A stretch of DNA of 64,000 nucleotides from an uncultured bacterium (lineage in GTDB: Bacteria; Acidobacteriota; Thermoanaerobaculia; Multivoradales; JAHZIX01), in the NCBI GenBank assembly GCA_965368975.1, contig CBDUPA010000018.1, positions 1 through 64,000 on the forward strand, in the 5' to 3' direction. Both the position numbers and the translations under genes were made by a program. This document shows positions 1 to 9,119 of this stretch, one piece after another; within the stretch, counting starts at the first letter, position 1, and the number at the start of each line of letters is the position of its first letter. Below the pieces are notes generated by a model, which worked only from the letters and a program-made list of their open reading frames with translations, was not told the DNA's origin and did no database searches.

Positions 1-2
1 AT

Positions 3-614
3 TCACCGGTCGGTTTCAATCGGAACAAGTGGTCGGATTCCGCCGGTGCAGGCACTCTGCCCTCCGATTCGGTCATCTTTGAGACGGGCGTCATGTTTTC
101 ACGTCCAACTCGCGAGATTCGCTTGTGCACTCGCCGCATGGATGTCCAGCACATCCCTGGATATCTCGAGGATATCGGCTGGCCTGGTCACCAAGCAGAG
201 CTTCGCAAACTCCTGACTGAGCTGACTCCCCTGGTCGACACCATCAACTTGGACGTTTCGCTGGAGGACACCATCGTCCCAACCCTCGGACTGGAGTGTT
301 TCATCAACGGCAGCCAGGACAAGCTACGCAGATACCTGAAGTACTTGGTGGACATCGAGGCAGCACTCCCCGAGAAGAGCAACGCCATCTTCCAGTGGTT
401 GGGCTTCTGTTCCGAGGAATCGGCCCCACAGCTTTGGCCAAGACATCTGCTGAAGGCTTCACAGGCGGCCGGCCCCCAGCTTCGCAGCACGTTTGTGAGA
501 ACTTTCAATCACGCCAAGATCGTCTACCAGCCGGGCTCGCGAGTCCATGCCAAGGTCTATCTGGGTGCACGACACTTGTGGCTGCGGCCTGGCCAACACG
601 AGACTTCCCCATGA
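3..614 (+). CDS. 5'-truncated hypothetical protein translationally coupled to lanM (possible RiPP tailoring enzyme, weakly prenyltransferase-like)
   Basis: Frame of ORF 93..614 stays open to the window edge. Its TGA (612-614) overlaps the lanM ATG (611-613). C-terminal motifs LGLECF and NHAKIVYQPG..HAKVYL. Confidence 0.6.
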   Translation, partial: SPVGFNRNKWSDSAGAGTLPSDSVIFETGVMFSRPTREIRLCTRRMDVQHIPGYLEDIGWPGHQAELRKLLTELTPLVDTINLDVSLEDTIVPTLGLECFINGSQDKLRRYLKYLVDIEAALPEKSNAIFQWLGFCSEESAPQLWPRHLLKASQAAGPQLRSTFVRTFNHAKIVYQPGSRVHAKVYLGARHLWLRPGQHETSP

Positions 615-3600
615 CCAAGCCCTCCGCCTACAGAGCACTGTCCTTGCGTGAGCGACTGCAGTGTCCTCAGTCCTCGCTGCCCATCCACCGCGCAAAAGGC
701 GAGGAAAGGTTGCTGAGATGGAACCAGCAGGCCCCCTTCTCTGAGGAAGACTTCTTTGCCCGCCGGCTGGCTGTAGACGGGCTGAACCGAGAGCAGCTAC
801 GGGACCTCCTGGGTCAGAGAGTCCCACCAGGCCTAGCGCTGACCGCGGACACAGCCTGGGTGCAGACACTCGCGGATTGCTTCTGGTCTGTACGGGAAGA
901 TCAGCCCCGCTTGGCACCGCCGTCTTCCTGGTCCGTGCTGCCCGCCTACCCTTTCTGGAGCTTCGTTGAACCGATCTTCCGTCAGAGTCTCTACGCTCTG
1001 GCACGCCAAGTCGAAGCCCTGCTCTCGAGCGATCCGGCCGGTCCCATCCGGTCCGAATCTCTGCTAGAACTCCTCAAAACCTGCCTACCACATGCCCTTT
1101 TGGACTGGCCACTACGTACGTTGGTTCTGGAATTGAACATCGCTCGCCTAAGAGGACACCTGAAGGGCAACGACAGTCGCCAAAGGTTTCAAGAGTTCAT
1201 CAACGGCCTCCAAGAACCCGCAGAAGCCCTGCGACTCCTCTCAGAGTATCCAGTGCTGGCAGCACAGTTGATCCAGCATGCGGATATGTGGCGCCAAACC
1301 ACTCTCGAAGTCTTGCAGCGCTTGCATCTTGATTGGACCGCGATCGTCGAGACCTTTGCTCTAGGTACCGAGGAAGAACTCGCCGGCATCCAGATCAGCG
1401 CCGGGGATCAGCATCGGGCAGGACGCTCCGTCGCGATCTTGCGCTTCCGCTCTGGCCTGCGACTCGTCTACAAGCCGCGGAACCTGGCGCTCGACATCGC
1501 GTTTCAAGACCTTTTGCACACCGTTGAGTCTTGGGGATTCAGGCCCGGCTTCCGGACCCTCCAGGTTCTCAACAGGGAAACCCACGGCTGGGCCGAACAT
1601 GTAGAGACCAAGCCCTGTGACTGCTTGCCTGAAGTGGCCCGCTTCTATCAACGACAAGGGGGCTACCTAGCTCTTCTCTATGCTCTGCGGGCTACAGATA
1701 TCCACTACGACAACGTCCTGGCGTGCGGTGAGCATCCGGTCATCATCGACCTCGAAACTCTTCTACAACCAGGCTCGATCATCGACGACCCTTTGGCTGA
1801 CGACCCGCTGCACGATTCGATCTTACAGGTCGGCCTGCTGCCCCTGCGCAGTTGGGAGAATGAAGCCTCCGCGGGCCTTGATGTCAGCAGTCTCGGCGGA
1901 CCGGGTGGGCAGATGCCACCCAGGCCAGAGATGTTTTGGGCAAAGCAGGGTACCGATGAGATGCACCTTACAAGGCGCATGCGACAGATTGAACCCGTGA
2001 CACGGCATCACCCCCAACTGGATGGACACTTTCCACCAGCCACGGAGTACGTGGAAGAAATCACTGCTGGCTTCAGCAGGATGTACAACATCCTGCTCGC
2101 TCGCCGAGAGGAACTGCTCAGCTCCCAGGGACCGCTCGACGGTTTTCTCGACACGGAAGTGCGAGTCATACTTCGCCCTACGTCAGTGTACAGCCTCATG
2201 CTGCGTGAGAGTTTCCATCCGGATTTCCTCCGCGATGCTCTCGATCGCGACCGCTTCTTCGACAAGCTGTGGAAGCAGGTTCCAAAGCGCCCATGTCTCG
2301 CACGTGTGATTGCTGCCGAACAGCGAGCTCTGTGGCAACGAGACATTCCCCTGTTCAGTGCCCATCCACGTAATCGCCACCTCGCCCTACCGTCTTGCCA
2401 GCAGCTGGACAACTTCTTCACTCAGTCCGCCGAAGAGCTCGTCCGAGATCGCTTGCAGAATCTGGGCACTCGCGACCACGAACAGCAACTCTGGTTCATC
2501 CGTGCTTCGATCTCGATTCTGAGCACGAGCAATCCCGAACGGGACGCAGCGCACCAGATCGCTTCTCCGCCAGACTCCTTACCCGCTATCTCAGGAGAAC
2601 AACTCATAGCACTGGCCATGGAGATCGCAGACGCTCTTTGCCAACGAACGCTCGAGCAAGGCGACGAAGTACGCTGGCTTGGCCTACTACCCACCCGACA
2701 AGGTGCCTTCAAGATTGCCACCCTGGGACCAGATCTCTACAGCGGCCAAGCCGGAATCACATTTTTCCTTGCTTACCTCGGGCACCTCTGCGATGCCCCG
2801 AAGTACACCGAAGCTGCTCGGCGCTCGTGTGCCACTCTCCTTGCAGACCTCCCCGGAGCTCCCGTGGTCAGTGAGAGTCCAGGGGCTTTTACCGGCCTCT
2901 CCGGTATCCTCTACCTCCTCTATCATCTCTCCACCTTGTGGCAGGAGCCCGTCCTCCTAGACCGAGCCCTTGAACTCTCGAGCCAGCTTGTTCCTCGCGT
3001 CAAGTATGACCAAGCCCTGGATCTCGTCAACGGCTGCGCTGGCTGTATAGCTGCTCTTGCCGACTTGGCTCGATCGCGGCCGGACGAATCCTTGTTAGGG
3101 CTGCTCACGGATTGCGGCGAACACCTACTCGGCCAGGCTGTCGAACAGGCCCAGGGCCTGGGCTGGATCACAAGCGGCGAGACCTCTGTGCCGATGACCG
3201 GTTTCTCCCATGGCACGGCTGGCATTGCTACCGCGCTGCTGGAACTGTCGAACTTGACCGGTCGCATGGACTTCAAGAAGGCGGCGCTAGAAAGCCTGCG
3301 ATATGAGCGCTCCTTGTTCTCAGAGACGCACGGTAACTGGCCCGACTTGCGCCAGGAGGAGGACCGCTTCGACGCGGTCAATTGGTGCCATGGTGCACCG
3401 GGGATCGCGCTCTCTCGTGCTCTCCTACTGCGCCATTGTGAAAGCTCCGAAGCACAGGACGAGCTTCGCGTCGCTGTGCGCACGACACTCGAACGCGGCT
3501 TTGGTCGCAACCACTCCTTGTGTCACGGTGATCTCGGCAATCTAGATTGCCTCCTCTCTGCCGACCTCGCCCTACCTGAACTCGACCTGGCCCCACAGAT

Positions 3601-3796
3601 CCGGCAACTGCGCTCCACCCTGGCGAGCAGGATCCAACGCGAAGGCTGGCGCTGTGGTCTACCGATGGAAGTCGAAACCCCGGGCCTGATGGTCGGACTC
3701 GCTGGGATCGGTTATGGCCTGCTGCGCTTGGCAGTTCCCGACCGTAGTCCTTCCGTCTTGGCCTTGGCCCCTCCTGTGGCTACGGTCTCGTCCTAG
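611..3796 (+). CDS. lanM: Class II lanthipeptide synthetase LanM
   Basis: Dehydratase motifs GDQH..GRSV, LVYKPR, TDIHYDN, IDLETL, RVILRPT, DIPLF. LanC cyclase motifs DLYSGxAG, GFSHGTAG, WCHGAPG, LCHGDLG, GLMVGLAGIGYGLL. Start placed at ATG 611 (ATGA overlap) rather than 296. Confidence 0.95.
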   Translation: MTKPSAYRALSLRERLQCPQSSLPIHRAKGEERLLRWNQQAPFSEEDFFARRLAVDGLNREQLRDLLGQRVPPGLALTADTAWVQTLADCFWSVREDQPRLAPPSSWSVLPAYPFWSFVEPIFRQSLYALARQVEALLSSDPAGPIRSESLLELLKTCLPHALLDWPLRTLVLELNIARLRGHLKGNDSRQRFQEFINGLQEPAEALRLLSEYPVLAAQLIQHADMWRQTTLEVLQRLHLDWTAIVETFALGTEEELAGIQISAGDQHRAGRSVAILRFRSGLRLVYKPRNLALDIAFQDLLHTVESWGFRPGFRTLQVLNRETHGWAEHVETKPCDCLPEVARFYQRQGGYLALLYALRATDIHYDNVLACGEHPVIIDLETLLQPGSIIDDPLADDPLHDSILQVGLLPLRSWENEASAGLDVSSLGGPGGQMPPRPEMFWAKQGTDEMHLTRRMRQIEPVTRHHPQLDGHFPPATEYVEEITAGFSRMYNILLARREELLSSQGPLDGFLDTEVRVILRPTSVYSLMLRESFHPDFLRDALDRDRFFDKLWKQVPKRPCLARVIAAEQRALWQRDIPLFSAHPRNRHLALPSCQQLDNFFTQSAEELVRDRLQNLGTRDHEQQLWFIRASISILSTSNPERDAAHQIASPPDSLPAISGEQLIALAMEIADALCQRTLEQGDEVRWLGLLPTRQGAFKIATLGPDLYSGQAGITFFLAYLGHLCDAPKYTEAARRSCATLLADLPGAPVVSESPGAFTGLSGILYLLYHLSTLWQEPVLLDRALELSSQLVPRVKYDQALDLVNGCAGCIAALADLARSRPDESLLGLLTDCGEHLLGQAVEQAQGLGWITSGETSVPMTGFSHGTAGIATALLELSNLTGRMDFKKAALESLRYERSLFSETHGNWPDLRQEEDRFDAVNWCHGAPGIALSRALLLRHCESSEAQDELRVAVRTTLERGFGRNHSLCHGDLGNLDCLLSADLALPELDLAPQIRQLRSTLASRIQREGWRCGLPMEVETPGLMVGLAGIGYGLLRLAVPDRSPSVLALAPPVATVSS

Positions 3797-3841
3797 AATC
3801 CAAGGAACCCCGAATGCCCCGGGACTTAGGGGGAACCGACA

Positions 3842-4531
3842 TCACGGCCCCTCTTTCCCCAGGGTCTTGAAATGCTGACGCAGATACCCCTCAAGCACCT
3901 GAGTACGCAGATCAACGCGGAACAGGGCGGCCAGTTCCGACTGTTCCAAGAGCGACTCTTCGGCGCAATGCAGCATCAGAAAATCTACGATGTCCGAGTA
4001 GAAGACCTGAACTCCTCCGTGCAGGCAACACAGCGGTTCTTGATCCCGGACCATGGCGCGCACACGCTGTAAGAGTTCATCCAATCGCTCCCAATCGTCT
4101 TGATTACGAGCGATTCTGGCGTGATGGAGACAGAATTCGTGGCACTGATGAGCCAGCGGTAGGAGAACCCGATCAGCAGAGATCGCTGCCACGACAGCTT
4201 CGGAAGTCTGCTTCAGGATCTGCTCGGCCTGCTCGAAATCCTGCACCACGTAGTAGTAGTAGCTCGCAGTACCAAAGTACCACCGGTCCATGACGCAGCG
4301 TATCGAAGTCGGCGCCTCAGTGCGTGCCTCTTGCCAGACGACTCGAAGCTCTTGCAACATCGCCAGACCAACTTCGAGTTGACGCCTGCGCAGGGCCGTC
4401 AGCACCTCGGCAGCGACAGCTTCCAGATCCGTATACGCTCGATAGGTTCGAATCCAACGAAGACCATCTTCTCCGGCACAACGGATCAACTCTAGCCAGT
4501 GACCTTGGTGTGCTTTGGCGGGCATATCCAC
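3842..4531 (-). CDS. Hypothetical helical protein, convergent with lanM
   Basis: 229-aa ORF with protein-like composition fills the gap between lanM and mgtE. No recognised motif. Confidence 0.6.
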   Translation of the reverse strand: MDMPAKAHQGHWLELIRCAGEDGLRWIRTYRAYTDLEAVAAEVLTALRRRQLEVGLAMLQELRVVWQEARTEAPTSIRCVMDRWYFGTASYYYYVVQDFEQAEQILKQTSEAVVAAISADRVLLPLAHQCHEFCLHHARIARNQDDWERLDELLQRVRAMVRDQEPLCCLHGGVQVFYSDIVDFLMLHCAEESLLEQSELAALFRVDLRTQVLEGYLRQHFKTLGKEGP

Positions 4532-4631
4532 GTATCCTCAGCCGCTCGATTTCTCTCGGACCTACACAGGGTCCAGGTTTCCCACTCACCTCGACCCTCA
4601 GTCCGAAAGCCACCACCCAACCGCGCTCAAT

Positions 4632-6071
4632 TCACTGCACGAGCTGCTGCATCAGGGCCGCGGCGAAGCCAAAGTAGATCAAGATCCCCATGACGTCACT
4701 GAAGGTGGTCACCAGCGGACCCGCGGCAACAGCGGGATCGAAACCGAAGCGCTCCGCCGCCACCGGAATCACAGCCCCGATCGCCGACGCCACCAGAATC
4801 GCCAGCGCCAGCGAGACCCCGACCACGAGCGCGTAGAAGACGTTCTGCTCCAGCACCTGCGCTGCCACCGCAACCACCAGGCCACTGGCGAGCCCGAGCA
4901 GGGCGCCAACTTTGATCTGCTGTCCAAGGAACCGGCGAATGCGACCATCGCCGAAGGCCAATCGGCCGGTGGCGAGCCCACGCACGGTGATGGTGGACGT
5001 CTGCGAGCCACTATTGCCGCCCATACCCATGATCGCGGGCACGAAGGTCAAGAGGAAGAGAGCTTCCTTGAAGGTGACCTGAAAACGCTCGAGCAAGATG
5101 CCAGTGAACACCAGGCCGACCAGGTTGATCAATAGCCAGGGCAAGCGGATACTGGCGACGCGCAGAGCCTTTTCCTGGTGCACGAGCTCGTCGTCCGAGG
5201 TGCCGACCATCTTGTAGAAGTCTTCGGTCGCCTCTTCTTTGAAGATATCGACGATGTCGTCGACGGTAATGATGCCGACCAGACGGTCGCCTTCGTCAGT
5301 GACGGGCACCGCGAGCAGATCGTAGCGAGCGGCGAGTTGGGCGACTTCTTCCTGATCGGTGCTGGTGAAGACGCGGATGACGTCGCGCTGCATGATGTCG
5401 CCGAGAAGCGTGTCAGGCTGCGTGAGCAACAGCTGGCGTAGCGACGTGACGCCGGCCAGGCGTTGCTGTTCGTCGACGACATAGAGATAGAAGATCATCT
5501 CGACATCCTGCTGCTCGCGCAAAGCAGCAATCGCCTGCTGGACCGTCGTGTCCTCGGACAGGGAGAAGAACTCGGTGTCCATGATGCGGCCGGCGCTGTC
5601 TTCATCGTAGGCCAGCAGGTGCTCGCGCACGTCCTGCAGATCGTGACGCTCGACCAGCTCGAGCACGGGTTCGCGCAGTTCGGTGGGCAAGCTCTCGACC
5701 AGGAAAACGGCGTCGTCGACAGCGACCTGTTCGAGAATGCCAGCGATCTTCTCCGGGGTCAGGCGTTCGAGCAAGGAGACGCGGGTGGCCGGTTCGAGTT
5801 CGGTGAGGACGTCACCGACGGCGTCCGGGAAGTCCTGGCGCAGGATACGGAAGACGCTCAGCTGTTCGGCTGGCGTCAAGACGCGCATCAGGAGCGCTAA
5901 ATCGCCAGGACGAACCTTGTGCAGCAGGTTGGAGATGCGTCCACGGGCGCCGCGGCGAACCAGGCGGCGCAGGGTATCAGCATAGCGATCGGGATGCGGC
6001 AGGCCGCGCTCGCCGGAGAGGGTCGTAGTCCTCGGTCCGGACGGCGGCTGGGGTGGGCGGGGCGCGGCCAT
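4632..6071 (-). CDS. mgtE: Magnesium transporter MgtE
   Basis: N-domain, CBS pair (SAGRIM, YLYVVD, GIITVDDI), TM region with RLPWL, MGGNSGSQ, DPAVAAGPLVTT..DV. Confidence 0.95.
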   Translation of the reverse strand: MAAPRPPQPPSGPRTTTLSGERGLPHPDRYADTLRRLVRRGARGRISNLLHKVRPGDLALLMRVLTPAEQLSVFRILRQDFPDAVGDVLTELEPATRVSLLERLTPEKIAGILEQVAVDDAVFLVESLPTELREPVLELVERHDLQDVREHLLAYDEDSAGRIMDTEFFSLSEDTTVQQAIAALREQQDVEMIFYLYVVDEQQRLAGVTSLRQLLLTQPDTLLGDIMQRDVIRVFTSTDQEEVAQLAARYDLLAVPVTDEGDRLVGIITVDDIVDIFKEEATEDFYKMVGTSDDELVHQEKALRVASIRLPWLLINLVGLVFTGILLERFQVTFKEALFLLTFVPAIMGMGGNSGSQTSTITVRGLATGRLAFGDGRIRRFLGQQIKVGALLGLASGLVVAVAAQVLEQNVFYALVVGVSLALAILVASAIGAVIPVAAERFGFDPAVAAGPLVTTFSDVMGILIYFGFAAALMQQLVQ

Positions 6072-6119
6072 GGCGCGGATCGTAGCACAGGGATCCGCGA
6101 GTTTTCGGGTCTTTGCCGG

Positions 6120-7013
6120 CTAGCTGAGATTGCCGTACAGATCGCGATCGAGGTCCGCCACCAGACGCTGGTTCTCGCGCCAGTCGGGTTCCAGACGCAC
6201 GCGTAGATCGAGGTAGACGCGGCGCCCCAGGAAGCTCTCGAGATCCTTGCGCGCAGCGGTGCCGATGGCCTTGATACGTGCCCCCTGACGACCAATCAGA
6301 ATCTTCTTCTGGCCGCCACGCTCGACCAGGATGCTGGCGTAGAGCCGCACCAGGTTTCCTTCTTCTTCCCAGCGCTCCAGCTTGACGGCGGTGGTGAAGG
6401 GCAGCTCGTTGCGCGTCTGCTCGAGCACCTTCTCCCGAATACGCTCGACGACCAGGAAACGCTCGGGATGGACGGTGAGCAGTTCCGGGTCATAGAGCGG
6501 TTCGCCCTCGGGCAACAGCCGCTTGAGGACGTCGAGCAGCACGTCGCATCCGTCTCCGGTGAGAGCACTCACCGGCACGACATCAGCGAACTCGCAGACG
6601 CTGACGTATTGCTCGATGCGCGGCAGTAGCTTGGGTTTGGCGACCTGGTCGACCTTGTTGAGCACCAACACGCGGGGACCCTCGATCTGGGCGACCATGT
6701 CGAGCAGGAAGCGATCGCCCTTGCCGAAGGGAGTGCTGGTATCGACCAGCAGGCAGACGATATCGGCTTCCCGCAAGGCTTCGCCGGCGTCCTGCATCAT
6801 GCGCCGGTTCAGATGGTGTAACGGACGGTGGATGCCCGGGGTGTCGTGGAAGACGATCTGCGCGTCGTCGTCACTGCGAATGCCGATCAGCCGGTGGCGG
6901 GTCGTCTGGGGTTTGTCGGAGACGATGGCGATCTTCTCTTCCAGGAAGCGATTCATCAGCGTCGACTTACCGGCGTTGGGTCGACCGACCAGGCACACGG
7001 TGCCAGCGCGCAT
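6120..7013 (-). CDS. era: GTPase Era
   Basis: GRPNAGKSTL, KPQTTR, DTPG, NKVD and KH-domain ILIGRQG. ATG at 7013 (MRAGTV). Confidence 0.96.
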   Translation of the reverse strand: MRAGTVCLVGRPNAGKSTLMNRFLEEKIAIVSDKPQTTRHRLIGIRSDDDAQIVFHDTPGIHRPLHHLNRRMMQDAGEALREADIVCLLVDTSTPFGKGDRFLLDMVAQIEGPRVLVLNKVDQVAKPKLLPRIEQYVSVCEFADVVPVSALTGDGCDVLLDVLKRLLPEGEPLYDPELLTVHPERFLVVERIREKVLEQTRNELPFTTAVKLERWEEEGNLVRLYASILVERGGQKKILIGRQGARIKAIGTAARKDLESFLGRRVYLDLRVRLEPDWRENQRLVADLDRDLYGNLS

Positions 7014-7087
7014 CCCACTTCCCTGGCCGTCCGGCCTCGACGTTGACTTCGCGCCCTCACCGGCATCGTCGCGCACGGGGTCTCCGC

Positions 7088-8401
7088 TCACGAAATCACC
7101 TCGGTGATCTCGGTACTCTCCGTCTCGGGCGGATGCAGCGGCTCGACGTGCACAGAGACGATGCGCCGGCCTTCGACCTCGCGCACGGTGAAGCGCAGAC
7201 CGTGAGCCTCGCAACTCTCATCGACCTCGGGTACATGCCCGAGGCTGCCAAAGATCAGGCCACCGATGGTCTCGTAGGGAACTTCCGCGTCCAGGCTCAT
7301 CTCGAATACCTCATCCAGTTCTTCGATCGCCGACCGGCCGTCGAACAGCCAGGCACCGTTGTCAAGAGGTTGCGCCTCGGGAGGTGGTTCATCTGTCTCG
7401 TCGACAATCTCGCCGACGATCTCTTCCAACAAGTCTTCCAGCGTCACCAGGCCAGTGGTACCACCGTATTCGTCAACCACCACCGCCATCTGCTGGTGCC
7501 GCGTCTGCAGGCCACGCAGCACCTCACCGAGCTGTGTGCTGTCGGGCACGAACCACGCCTCGCTGCGGATCAGCTCCCGCGGGCTGCCGTGTGGCGGTTC
7601 AGAGCGCAGCGCGCGCAGCACTTCGCGCAGATGAACGATTCCAATGATCTGGTCGACGGAGTCCTCATACAGCGGCAGGCGTGAGTGGTTGGAACCGATG
7701 AACACGTCGGCCAGTTCCTGCAGCGACGAATCAGCCCTACCGCACACCATGTCGATGCGCGGTGTCATGACGCTGCGCACGCGCGTGTCGCCGAAGTCGA
7801 GGACACCGCGCATCATCTCTTCTTCTTTGGGCTCGAGGATGCCCTCGTTCTTGCCGACGGCGAGGAAGGCGTCGATCTCTTCGTCGGAGGCGTCGTCACC
7901 GTTCTCGGGACGCTCGTAGGCGATGTCCGGCATCACCCAGGCGAGAGCCACGAGGAGTGGCAGCAGCAGCAGGTGCATGCCCCGGAGCGGAACGGTGAGC
8001 GCGCGCAGGGCACGTTCGGGGTCCGTGCCCACGAGCCAGCGACTCAGCCATTCGACCAGCGCCAGCAACAGCACCGCCAGCAGCAGCCCAGCAACGGCAG
8101 CGCTCCGGTGCGCCCCTGGCAAGGACACGGCCAGCGGTGTGGCGGTGAACAGCAGATAGCCAGCGACGGCGGCGTTGATCGGCAACAGGCGCGCCAGAAC
8201 ACTGAGCACGAAGCGGTAGAGCTCGAAGCGAGCCGACGCGTTGTAGAGCTCGCGCATCGCCCCGCCGGCCTCTTCCGCCCAATGGTGCACGCGGATCGCA
8301 CCGCTGCGCTCGAGCAGCGCCGACATGACGCTGAACAGGATCAACAGCGGCAGCGGCAGCACAACGATCAGCCAAAGGTGGGCAGGCAGCATCAGGTCCA
8401 C
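7088..8401 (-). CDS. HlyC/CorC (CNNM) family CBS-domain transporter
   Basis: N-terminal TM region, VMTPR, HSRLP, VVDEYGGTTGLVTLEDLLEEIVGEI, CorC C-terminal ETIGG. Confidence 0.92.
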   Translation of the reverse strand: MDLMLPAHLWLIVVLPLPLLILFSVMSALLERSGAIRVHHWAEEAGGAMRELYNASARFELYRFVLSVLARLLPINAAVAGYLLFTATPLAVSLPGAHRSAAVAGLLLAVLLLALVEWLSRWLVGTDPERALRALTVPLRGMHLLLLPLLVALAWVMPDIAYERPENGDDASDEEIDAFLAVGKNEGILEPKEEEMMRGVLDFGDTRVRSVMTPRIDMVCGRADSSLQELADVFIGSNHSRLPLYEDSVDQIIGIVHLREVLRALRSEPPHGSPRELIRSEAWFVPDSTQLGEVLRGLQTRHQQMAVVVDEYGGTTGLVTLEDLLEEIVGEIVDETDEPPPEAQPLDNGAWLFDGRSAIEELDEVFEMSLDAEVPYETIGGLIFGSLGHVPEVDESCEAHGLRFTVREVEGRRIVSVHVEPLHPPETESTEITEVIS

Positions 8402-8414
8402 GGCGGTCGCTCCC

Positions 8415-8993
8415 TCACGCCGGTTCTCGCTCGGCGTCGAGCCAGCGGCGGCGCAGCCGCTGCTCCAGCCGCACCATCGTGCCGTCGTCGCTCTCGTGGT
8501 CGTAGCCCAGGCAATGCAACACGCCGTGGAGGGTCAGCAGGCGCAACTCGCGCTCGACCGAGTGGTCCGCGGTGGCGGCTTGGCGCCGTGCCGTGGGCAT
8601 GGCGACCACGACGTCGCCCAGGTGCGGCTCGCTCGCGGGCGCGTTGGGATCAGCTTGGACCACTGCCGACAGATCCGAGGGGGCGCACAGGTCGCCGGGG
8701 AACGACAGGACGTCAGTGCTCTTGTCCTTGCCGCGATAGCGGTAGTTGAGGGCGCGCATTTCACGATCGCTGGTGAAGCGCAGCGTGAAGCTGGCAGCTT
8801 CCGGAGCGATCTCGCCCAGCAGGGCGGACAACCACGGACGGAGCTGGCGCACCCGGACTTCGGGAGCGCGGGCGGCATTCTGGACGGCGATCTCGAGGAC
8901 TGCGGAGGACGCAGGCGGGGACGCGGAGTCGCCCGGTGTGGGGGCACCCGCTTGAGGAAGGTCGTCGCTACTAGGAGGAGGTTCGGAGTTCAA
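8415..8993 (-). CDS. ybeY: rRNA maturation endoribonuclease YbeY
   Basis: LNYRYRGKDKSTDVLSF, LGDVVV, HGVLHCLGYDH. Start uncertain (TTG 8993 chosen). Confidence 0.92.
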   Translation of the reverse strand: MNSEPPPSSDDLPQAGAPTPGDSASPPASSAVLEIAVQNAARAPEVRVRQLRPWLSALLGEIAPEAASFTLRFTSDREMRALNYRYRGKDKSTDVLSFPGDLCAPSDLSAVVQADPNAPASEPHLGDVVVAMPTARRQAATADHSVERELRLLTLHGVLHCLGYDHESDDGTMVRLEQRLRRRWLDAEREPA

Positions 8994-9020
8994 AGCTTTC
9001 TTGGTTCGGTTGAACGTCGT

Positions 9021-9119
9021 CCGCCGCATCCGCGGTGGGATCGCTGTGTTACTTCTCCGCCGCATCTGCAGCGGGGACACTGTGTTGCTTCTCCACCGCA
9101 TCCGCGGCGGGATCGTGGG
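9021..9119. repeat. Imperfect 36-bp tandem repeat (about 2.7 copies) spanning the HD-protein stop codon
   Basis: ccgccgcatccgcggtgggatcgctgtgttacttct / ccgccgcatctgcagcggggacactgtgttgcttct / ccaccgcatccgcggcgggatcg... Confidence 0.8.

Noticed and set aside
296-610. 105-aa N-terminal extension of LanM in the ORF track
   Set aside because: Overlaps the upstream gene in another frame. The ATGA coupling at 611 gives the likely true start.
9021-9119. 36-bp repeats as a possible CRISPR array
   Set aside because: Copies are directly adjacent with no spacers, are degenerate, and no cas genes are present.
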